From the human T2T-CHM13v2.0 reference genome, Homo sapiens: a stretch of 64,000 nt of DNA. How positions within the stretch are numbered: the stretch's first letter is position 1; the number at the start of each line of letters is the position of its first letter. The position numbers and the translations under genes were made by a program. Where the stretch lies: NCBI RefSeq assembly GCF_009914755.1, contig NC_060929.1. One strand, 5' to 3'. The notes below the pieces were generated by a model. That model was given only the letters and a program-made list of their open reading frames with translations, was not told where the DNA came from and ran no database searches. Shown here piece by piece: positions 51,511-64,000 of this stretch.

Positions 51511-52269
51511 GGCTCTCATGAGGCTAGGTCTCTAATGGTTAGTAAATTACCAGGAAACATGAAAAGTAAGGGAAAGTGTACAGACATTAATTATATAATT
51601 CTATTAGGAAAGTTGTAAAGTATAAAGAAATTATGTGGAAATAATATAACTATACTCTAAAATACACCATATATATTAAGTTTTGTGATAATAATTGTTG
51701 ACCATTTCAAGGAGGAATATAAAATATAGCTATAAAAATGGACAGAAGAGATTAAATTCTGCCAATGAAAATTTGAAATTAAGCATTAGAAAAACACAGA
51801 ATGTGGAAAAAGCAAGGACAGATGAGAAGACATTAGAGGTCATATATTAAAGAAAAAGTTTTTAAATTAAAGAATAAAAATAGAATCAATACTCAATAAT
51901 GTAGTTAAAATGTTCTTAGATATTTAAAAATCAGTGATACTTAGAAGGAAAGCACTTACCTTGTCTTAAATAAAATAAACATTAATCAACTCCAAAGTAC
52001 TGTTCAAATTCAAGAAAAAGAGAGTCCCTTAATTGTGCAAAGGAAGAGTACAATAAAGATTAATTCAAAGGAGATGAAACGTGTACAATGCTATGGGAAC
52101 AATTATGCCTTCTTAAGTAGCTGACATGGCAATGCTTTTTGACAGAGATTTACCTTTTCCAGAAAATGTTTGCTAGGAGTGGGGTTCAAGAAGTGACAAA
52201 GCAAGGAGGTTCATGAGGCTATGATCAGTTGCGGAGAAACTGGCGTTTTTGGAGATGACGTCTAGGAGT

Positions 52270-52980
52270 AAGGAATAAGAAGGAGCAACAGTAAGACTTA
52301 CCACTGACTTTGCAACAGAAATAATGTGAGCTAGAACACAACAAAATGACATTCTTAAAGTACTGGAAGAAAATAACTTCCAGAGGTTATTTACATTCTC
52401 AGCAAAAATAACTTTATAAAGATGAAACAAAGATATTCTCAGAAAAAATTGAGAACTTGTTTATAGAAGACCTAAATTATAGGGAACTCTTCAGACAGAA
52501 AGATAATAATCATAGAGGGACATTTTAAAAATGCAAAAAGGAAGAACAATTGAAAAAATAAATAGGCATATAAGAGAAATAAATATTAAATACCTATTAA
52601 CCATAGAAAACAATAATAGTAATATTAATGTATTGTGGAGTTTAAAATATGTATAATAAAATACTGTCACGATAATGCTAAGGGGTATACAGGGTCAAGG
52701 TGTTCTAAATTTCTAGTAATACCAGGAAAATGGCAAAATTAAAAAAAATCAGACTATAGTAAGTCAAGGATGTCTGTTGTAATATCTAACATAATATAAT
52801 AGTAAAATCATATATACTTAACAAGTTAACATATGAAATAAATGGAAAGAAAAGTTTAATTAATCCAAGGAATACGAGATAGGAGACTAAAGAAACACAA
52901 AACAGGTGGGTGAAATGAGAAAAAAATTATTAAGATAATAGATGCAACCCAACGAAATTGTAACTTTATTAAAAGAAAAA
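52270..52980 (+). mobile_element. L1M ORF1 C-terminus and inter-ORF region
   Basis: gactttgcaacagaaataatg...gacattcttaaagtactggaagaaaataac...cagcaaaaata. Confidence 0.65.
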
Positions 52981-53196
52981 GAACTGAAATTCCAAGTACT
53001 TCTCTTTAAACTATGTGGGGGTATCACATATAGTTTTCTGCTCTGTATCCATACCCATAACTTTTCTTTGAAAGTATTCAGTGCTCATACCAAGGCTTGC
53101 CCATTCCTGAATTATTTTTCTCTCTTTGTACCTTTTATTTTTAGGTCATTTTGTTATCAAAATTATCTACGGACATAGTTTTAAAAGGCAAATACT

Positions 53197-53235
53197 ACAC
53201 ACACACACACACACACACAGACACACAAACACACA
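53197..53235 (+). repeat. (CA)n microsatellite
   Basis: Directly visible. Confidence 0.95.
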
Positions 53236-53272
53236 AAGCTGACTAAAAATTGTATCCGACTGTATTATGAAC

Positions 53273-53568
53273 TTTTTTTTTTTTTTTTTTTTTAGATGGA
53301 GTCTCGCTCTGTCGCCCAGGCTGGAGTGCAGCGGCATGATCTCACTGCAAGCTCCGCCTCGCGGGTTCACGCCATTCTCCTGCCTCAGCCTCCCGAGCAG
53401 CTGGGACTACAGGCACCCGCCACCACGCCGGGCTAATTTTTTATATTTTTAGTAGAGGCGGGGTTTCACCATGTTAGTCAGGATGGTCTCGATCTCCTGG
53501 CCTCGTGATCCGCCCGCCTCGGCCTCCCAAAGTGCTGGGATTATAGGCGTGACTCACCGCGCCCGGCC
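53273..53568 (-). mobile_element. AluY
   Basis: Y diagnostics (gcaagctcc, gggttcacgccatt) and a 5-bp deletion. TSD ct(g/a)tatt(a/g)tgaactt. Confidence 0.96.
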
Positions 53569-53579
53569 CTATATTGTGA

Positions 53580-55990
<2,411 letters not shown>

Positions 55991-55999
55991 GAATGCTAA

Positions 56000-56324
<325 letters not shown>

Positions 56325-56766
56325 CCTCAGGAACTCTTATACCCACTGAGTCTGAGGAATAAAGTATTGATGTCCTAAAAATAAAAATTCAATTTTAGTT
56401 TTAAAAAATAAATGAACTAAATCAACACTTTCGAAGGAATAAAGCATTCCTTTAAGAAATACATTTTAATTAAACCTGCAAAAAGAATGTAAAACTGTGG
56501 TTCTATGCTATGATTGTTTAGGAAAGAAGGTAAATGTGACCAAGATGACCAAGTAATGATAAAGAAAGTGACTGAAAAAATCAGGTAATACAGAATGAAC
56601 AACACATACACAGAGACTGGTTTTTATACGATTTCAAACTTTGGGAAATCACCAAGAACCAAAAAGACTATGCTAAAAAAATTAAAGCTGTTGTTCCTAT
56701 ATAAAACCCTATGCGAATGTGAACTTTTGTGAAACAGTTGTTGAAATATTTATAGTCTCGGAGTAA

Positions 56767-56789
56767 TGTGTGTGTGTGTGTGTGTGTGT
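56767..56789 (+). repeat. (TG)n microsatellite
   Basis: Directly visible. Confidence 0.95.
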
Positions 56790-57304
56790 AAATTGAGCAT
56801 TATAAAAATGTAGATTACACAGGAAATTTTGATGTCATGTTTTTACCTAGACTTACCTCAGTGACCTCACCAAATAAACACTGAGGTTTTACAAAGACAG
56901 ATATTGTTCTGTGATGATCTCTCTATGGTTATTATACTAGGGCAATGATGGCACCGTCACCTGGTAGTGATAGTGCTGGTTTCCAAATCATCACTGAACA
57001 CTGGGGCAGTGGGTCTTTAAGTGTTGGTCTATAGGAAGATAGTATTTCTGGATCATAATATTGATTAATATTAATATAGATTATTGATAGGTCCATTCTT
57101 AGAAACTTGTAGAATAAGGATTTCATGGAAAGGTTGGTAACAGACGATGAAGGGAGAATAAATCCTACCTAATAGTCAGTGAACACTAACTATGGAACAC
57201 AAAATTTTTGAGGGATTTCATAAATATGAGGTAGTTACAACTACTGCCCTCTCCTTACAAATGAGGTAATTGTGCCATAGAAAGGCTAAAGACTTGCCTA
57301 GGGA

Positions 57305-58313
57305 TGTAACCTCCCAACAGTTTCACCTTGCCCGTTGCCTAGACAGAACCAATTTATCAAGACACGGGAATTGTAATGGAGAGAGAGTAATTCACGCAGA
57401 GCTGGCTGTTTGGGAGACTGGAGTTTTATTATTACTTAAATCAGTCTCCCTGAGCATTCTGGGATCAGAGTTTTTAAAGAGAATTTAAAGAAAAGAAAAA
57501 TCCATAGAGTGAAACAATTACATTAATGGTGAAGAAAAGTCTTGCAAACATATTACTAAACATTACACTTCAGAAGTTTGACAAAAATCCAAAATACTTA
57601 ATATTAGAAATTAACAGAAATAAAATAGAATACATATGAACATATGATAGATAATAGTTAATCCATTCAAGATGGAAAGAAATGACACATATAAAATTAT
57701 AATACAAATTGGAAAAAGAATAGAGAAATAATATTAAGATTTAAAAAATTCTCTTCAATTTTTTGGCGGATAGGGGCTTGGAAAGTAGGGAGTGCTGATT
57801 GGTGAGGTTGGAGATGGAATTATAGGGGGTCGCAGTGAGGTTTTCTTGGTGTCTTCTGTTCCTGGTGGGATGGCAGAACTGGTTGAGTCAGATTACTGGT
57901 CTGGGTGGTGTCAGCTGGTGCATTGAGTGCGGGGTCTGCAAAATATCTCAAGCACTGATCTCGGGTTTTACAATAGTGATGTTACCCCCAGGAGCAATTT
58001 GGGAAGGTTCAGACTTTTGCAGCCAGAGGCTACATGACCCGTAAACCATAATTTCTATTCTTGTAGCTAATTTGTTAGTCCTGTGAAGGCAGACTGGTCC
58101 CAAGGCAAGAAGGGGGTCTTTTTGGGAAAGGGCTATTATCAGTTTTGTTTCAGAGTCAAACCATAAACTACATTCCTTCCCCAGGTTAGTTCAGCCTGCA
58201 CCCAGGAAGGAACAAGGACAGCTTAAAAGTTAGAAGCAAGATGGAGTCGGTTAGTTCTGATATCTTTCACTGTCATAATTTCCTCAGTTATAATCTTTGC
58301 AAAGGCGGTTTCA
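57305..58313 (-). mobile_element. LTR8 (ERV1) solo LTR inserted in a MIR, carrying a foreign ~266-bp insert
   Basis: Reverse complement starts tgaaaccgcctttgcaaa. Exact 4-bp TSD GGGA. MIR halves on both sides. Confidence 0.9.
57487..57752 (+). repeat. Direct dispersed duplicate of 54804-55067
   Basis: By-eye alignment gives 5 substitutions and one 2-bp indel. Confidence 0.97.
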
Positions 58314-58884
58314 GGGACACACAGCTAGTAAGGTGCAGACCAGGAATTTGAACTCAGAACAGCTCTAGAGTCTACGTGTTTAACCGTGATGCAATACTGT
58401 CTCTCAAATGGGAACTACCTTTATAATGAGAACAAACTGGGCAAGAATAGCTCATGAAGAAAAGTAAGAGGTTTTGGAGAAGGCAGACAGCTCGAGAGCT
58501 GTTCATGCTTTACGATCATAACTGCTCTCTGAAAGGAACATGTGCAGATGTCTGACTTGCACCTAGCCAATTTATTACCAAGCAGATTTAATTTATAAAT
58601 AGTATAAGCAAATCATTTTTATGGGTCTTCTTGTTGCTCTATTCTAGGATATTGCATTGGGAATCAGTGCTGTGGAATTTCTTTCAGGTATGTAGTGGGA
58701 CATAGCTGTCCACAGTATAGCTAAAGGAAATACCCACAAAAAAGGGCAAAACTGATTTGAACACCAGAGGTCTATAAAACTCTTAATCTCCTGTAAGTAT
58801 GAAAATAACCAAAGGAAAAGTTATATATCTTGTGACCTTCAAAAAATACAAAAAATTAACAACATGTACACGTATATGCACAGA

Positions 58885-59597
58885 TAGTTGTCCCCCTTTA
58901 TCTGCAGTTTCAGTTACCTGCAGTCAACTGCGGCCTGAAGTATTAAATTGAAAATTCCAGAAATAAATAATTCATAAATAAATAATTCAATTGCATGCCG
59001 TTCTGAGTGGTGTGATGAAATCTTGAGCCACCTGGTTCCGCCCCTGAGATGTGAATCCTTGCTGTGTGCGGCATCTCTGTGCTGTACACGCTCCCCTCTG
59101 GGCAGCAGCTTTGTAGCCATCTTGGTTATGAGGTGGACTGTGGCGGTGTCTTATGCTTGTGTTCAAGGAACCCTTATTTGACTAAATAATGGCCTGAAAA
59201 CATGAAAATAGTGATACTGGCAATTTGGATATGCCAAAGAAAAGCCTTAAAGTGTCTTCTTTAAGTGAAAAAGTGAAAGTTCTCAACTTAATAAGGAAGA
59301 AAAGAATTGTATGTTGAGGCTGCTAAGATACGCGGTAAGAAATAATCTTCTATTTGTGAAATTGTGAAGAAAAAAAGAAATTAATGTGAGTTTTGCCATC
59401 ACATCTCAGACTGCAAAAATTACAGCTCAGCATGTGTTCAGTGTCTAGTTAAGATGGAAAAAGCATTGAATTCGTGGGTGGAAGATATGAACAGGAATAT
59501 GATCTGATTGACAGCAATCGAGTTTGGTACCATTTGCGTTTCAGGCATCCACCAGGGGTCTTGGAAGGTATCCTCTGTGAATAAGGAGGGACTACTG
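58885..59597. mobile_element. MER44 (Tigger7-derived) DNA transposon
   Basis: TIRs agttgtccccctttatc / ataaggagggactactg followed by TA. Internal aaagtgaaagttctcaacttaataagg. Confidence 0.88.
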
Positions 59598-60834
59598 TAT
59601 AGATTTATATTTTAAGAGCATTAAATATTTCCTAAATTCTTAGATCTCTAAAATTTTGTATTATTGATGAAAAGTTTAAATAATAATGCAAGGTAAAGAA
59701 TCTTCTTGAGAGTTTGAACAAAAGACAAAATATATATGAGTAAGGTTAACACACACAAAAAAACAAAGTATTATCTCCCAATACTTTTAAGACAAGCCAT
59801 TAATACCAGCTTCAAATAATAAATTATATTTTACATAGGAAGCTGATTCGTTTGATTAAATGTCACTAATATCAATGAGGCAAGCCATGGGGGACAAAAA
59901 GATGGTCATCAGAACACCTTGAGTGGTTGTTGGAGAAAAGTTACTTCACAGAGGGGAAGCTTTGCAGGAGGGTTGACAAGATGACCCAGGAAGTCTTTCG
60001 TGGTCTCATTAACTGTGCTTTTTAGATTTGGCTTTTCTCACATTGTCGTTTGTCTCCTCTTTGGGACTGTTATTCCAGGCTCCCTACGGAGTAAGGCTTC
60101 TCAAGTTAAGTCTGGATGTAGATCGTTTCTTTGCCAAGAGTTTGCCCAATTCGGGTCTAGACCAGTTTAATTTAACTCATTTTCTTCTGCCTTTCCAAAG
60201 CTTGAGAAAACTCCAGGGCATTCTTTCTAAGCATAATAAACAACACTCAGAACCACAAACTGATGGTGGATATTGTGAGTTTTACTTGCATCATAAACTT
60301 AGGGAATTAAAGTGGTTGCCTGCTTTCTGGAAAATGGCAATTGGACTCTAGTTTAATATAACACAAAAATTATTTTATGTGAGAACACAGCATTCTCTAT
60401 AGTGAGTTTTGTTCTTGGCAAAGGATATATCGTGTAGCTGGCTTGTTCCTCAAGCCCATCTGGAGGGAGTGGTCACTGAAATGTATGTGCTGGAGTCTGT
60501 GTCTCCAAAGTTGCATGTTTTCTTTTCAAACATCCTATTTCTTTAAGGGGAACAAATGTTTTCTCCACAAAGGCCGCCTCTGCCTCCCGCCTGGCTGCTC
60601 AGGTTTCTGCCTTCCTTTTGGTTACTGTGTGGCTGGTGAGTTCTCAGTGTCCCAAAGGGGGACTCGGCACTAGCTGTTGGGGCTGAACAAACAATCCCAG
60701 CCGAAACCAGAACAGAATCTTAGCGCACTGCTTTCACCATCATGGTCTTCAGCTCTGTTTCAGTTTTCCTTGCCAAAATAGATATAATATCAAACATTGA
60801 GATGCTGCCAAACTCAGCAGTGAAACAGACTCAC

Positions 60835-61045
60835 AATAATTGCTGCCGTTTATTGAATGCCTCTAGGTGCCAGGCCTTGTACCCTGAAGTTTATGTAAAC
60901 CACACTGTGTTTAATCCTTGCAACAATACTATGAGGTAAGCGCGACTATTTCAGTTTTACATTCACTATAATGGAGGTTTAGAGACCCAGAGACATCAAG
61001 GAAATTGCCCGTGGTAACAGGTCATAAGTGGCAGTGTCCTAATGT
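60835..61045 (-). mobile_element. MIR SINE
   Basis: tttattgaatgcc...tttaatccttgcaacaatactatgaggtaag. Confidence 0.75.
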
Positions 61046-61509
61046 TTGCCCAACTTATCACTCAGCTTTCTCTTTTTTGTGTCTCAAAATAACTTACAGC
61101 AACTTCTTGATCTGGACCCTGCAGACCATTCATTCATTCAGAGTGAACTAACATTTATGGAGCCTCTGTCACTTGAGAGGCTTTGAGCCAGGCACGAGGG
61201 ATAGGGTGTGAACAGAGTGGACACATCCCTGACTGAATAAAGGTCTTTCCAGCCTCATCTGGTGCTACTCTCCATAGGCAGCAAATGCTCTAGCCACACC
61301 ATAGGACTTGAAGTTACTTAATAACATCCAGTGTCCCTTCACCTCTGTTTCTGTGCTGTTGCTTCTGCCCCAATCCCCTACCCTGTGGTCCTCTGCTTTG
61401 CTGGCTGCTACTCACCATTCCTGATTCCGTGCCTAGATCACTGCTCCATGCAGCCTTCTTTGAACTCCCTAGTTAGAGTTAGATCCCTTTCCTCTATATC
61501 AGAGCTCTC

Positions 61510-61675
61510 ACATATGTCAAATGCCACCATGCCTGTCTGCTTATGTGTTGTCTGTGGCTGCTTTCATGCTACAATGGGAGACTTGAGTAATTGCAAAAGG
61601 GGTTGGCAGACTTTTACTAGAAAGAGTCAGATAGTCAATATATCTTAGGCTTTGTGGGATAGATGGTCTCTGTCA
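61510..61675. mobile_element. MER58-like hAT MITE remnants
   Basis: tgtctgtggctgctttcatgctacaa and ggggttggcagac...gtcagatagtcaatat...aggctttgtggg. Confidence 0.65.
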
Positions 61676-61934
61676 TGGAAATACTGGGGAGGTAAGAAAA
61701 GTCCAGTCTCTATCTGTGGACGCTGTAATGACCATGATATCTGGTTTGGTGGATCACATTCCCTAACAGTTATTTTATAAATTAGAGGTTAGAGTAGGCT
61801 AGACAGCTGAGGATAAAATAGGTAGATTTTACTGGGGAAGCAAGACGGTCACAATGAGATGAGAACATACTGTATTTTACTTAGTTACCATCTTCAAGTG
61901 ACTTGTTCTCCTATCTGTGAAATCTATACCCATC

Positions 61935-61988
<54 letters not shown>

Positions 61989-61998
61989 AGCATACACA
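61935..61998 (+). repeat. (CT)n(CA)n microsatellite
   Basis: Directly visible. Confidence 0.95.
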
Positions 61999-63191
61999 GA
62001 GATAGTTTTAAGGAACTTTGGAACTTTAAGTTATGAAAACTCATATTTCTTATCTATTTATTTAATCTATTCATCTAAGAAACATTTAAAAAGCATCTAA
62101 TACTTCTAGATTCCAGAGTAGTAAATGAAAATACAGCAATGAATAAGACCAATGCTTGCCCTCAAGAGACCATTTAATAGTATCAATTTCATACGCTTTT
62201 TAAAGGTGTAGATAGAAAATCTTTTAAAAATTTGTTTTAAATATTTATCTTACTCATGCCAAAAAATGCATCCCTCTTTTAGTAATTTTGGAGCAAACAT
62301 CCCATTTCATCAGTTCCATAGGTAACTTTATAGAATTTGATGATATTCTTGCTCAGCTTCTGCTTTTTTGAGGATTTACCCATCCCATATGTTTTAGTCT
62401 TCATACAGTGGCTGCCCACCTCTCCTACTTTTGATGATGTAGAGGACATGATTGACTTTTCAGTGTGCATGTCAAGCTTGTGTTCTCAGAGTATTTTTAC
62501 TGTCATTTCAGGTTCCTTTACTGGGTTGCAATTGATAGAGAATATATCTTGCTTGACTCTGCTCACAAAGGTTCCTAAGACCTCCCTCTAGTCTTAGCTC
62601 ATTCACCTGTCTACTTGCTACTTACAGAATTTAGGTGGAGTTCATAATTTTAGAGATTATGCTAGAGAATTCCTTTATTCAATAATCTATGCAAATAATA
62701 CAAGAAATGAATTTTAGTATTCATTCTTGAGAACAATTGTCATCCAAACAAGCATCTGTTTACTTCAGCCCCTTGCTTCCTGTCCATAAATTAACATCCT
62801 CTTCATGAAAATCATCTCTATCATGGTTTCAATCTTGTCTCTTTCTCTATGTTGAACACCTACCTGGGAGCTTTCTTAAAAAATATGGAATGATTGGTGC
62901 TGGGAACCCACCTCTTGAGAGACACACTGGTGTTGGATGACTGCTATGGCCCAAATACCTCTTACATGTATGGTGGCTAAATGTCAGCCCTGCACCACAA
63001 GAGAAATGAAGTGACATGATTTCTATAGTAGTTTTTTTGAAGAGTCTTAAATTTTATACCCATTGAAAAATCAAAAGAAGTTCCAGTTTTATAAAGAGAA
63101 AAAATTATGGTCCACTTCTCCATTCCCTAACTTACTTCACTGCCCCCCAACCCCCCAAAAAATCTTACAATGTGCCTTTTATACTCTCTGT

Positions 63192-63507
63192 CTTCTTCTT
63201 CTTCTTCTTAAATAGGGTCTCACTCTGTTGCCCGGGCTGGAGTGCAGTGGTACAATCACAGCTCACTGAAGCCTCAATCTCCCAGCCTCAAACTATCCTC
63301 CCACCTGAACCTCCTGAGTAGCTAGAAATACAGGTGTGCACCACCAGACTTGAATAATTTTTAAATTTTTATTTGTATTTTTTTTTTTGTAGACATTAGT
63401 TCTCACTATGTTGCCTGGGCTGGCCTTGAACTCCTGAACTCAAGCAATCCTCTTGCCTTAGCCTCCCAAAATGTAGGGATTACAGGAGTGAGCCACCACT
63501 CCTGGCC
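63192..63507 (-). mobile_element. AluJ
   Basis: agggtctcactctgttgccc...gagccaccactcctggcc. Confidence 0.93.
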
Positions 63508-64000
63508 TCTTATTTCCTTTTATAATTTTCTTACCCCATCAGAAGAGTCCATTTTAGGAAGGTCTTTAGACTCCATAATTATAATCAAAACACAATCGAT
63601 AACATTTATTTTCAAATCCTTTCTGATTCATTTTAGAATATTATGAAAATATGAATCTCTTAATTAGAACTCTTTTACTAGAAAAGTACTCCAAATAAAC
63701 TAAGAGTAAACAACTCTGTTTTTCTCTTTTATGACCTGCCTATTTGAAGTTATTATAACTAACATCCAGAGGCCAATGCCTCCTCCTCCAGGAAGCTTCC
63801 CATAATTTACTGTCTCCTCAACTCTTGACACACAGCACCTCTCCGAAAGACACACCCTGTAATTATCATATTTGAATCTGTTTTTAAAAATTATTTAAGT
63901 CTACTTTTGGGTATATTTTTTGTATTTATGTATTCGACAAATATCTACGGAGCACCTATTATGTGCCAGACCCTAGATCATGTTCTGGGAGCTCAGAGTA

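Overview
Primate, almost certainly human, non-coding DNA: AT-rich, CpG-depleted and dominated by interspersed repeats (about 14 Alu pieces, old L1M/L2/MIR fragments, MaLR and ERV1 LTRs, Tigger/Charlie MITEs). I can support no host protein-coding gene, tRNA, rRNA or CRISPR array. The recognisable ORFs in the track derive from Alu, L1, MaLR or HERV-H. The two largest elements are an L1PA with a twin-priming 5' inversion (39.5-42.1 kb) and a 5'-truncated HERV-H provirus with gag/pro/pol/env remnants and a 3' LTR7-type LTR (42.2-46.9 kb). The most unusual feature is a ~265-bp, ~98% identical local copy of 54804-55067 inside an LTR8 solo LTR 2.7 kb downstream, with template-switch-like junctions. 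Other leads are a possible microhomology deletion of the HERV-H 5' end, three abutting hairpins in a candidate lncRNA exon (7.9 kb), two palindromes (27.8 and 29.6 kb) and motif-dense candidate enhancers. I found no convincing new biological system. Subfamily names come from recalled consensus sequences, and boundaries of old repeats are approximate.
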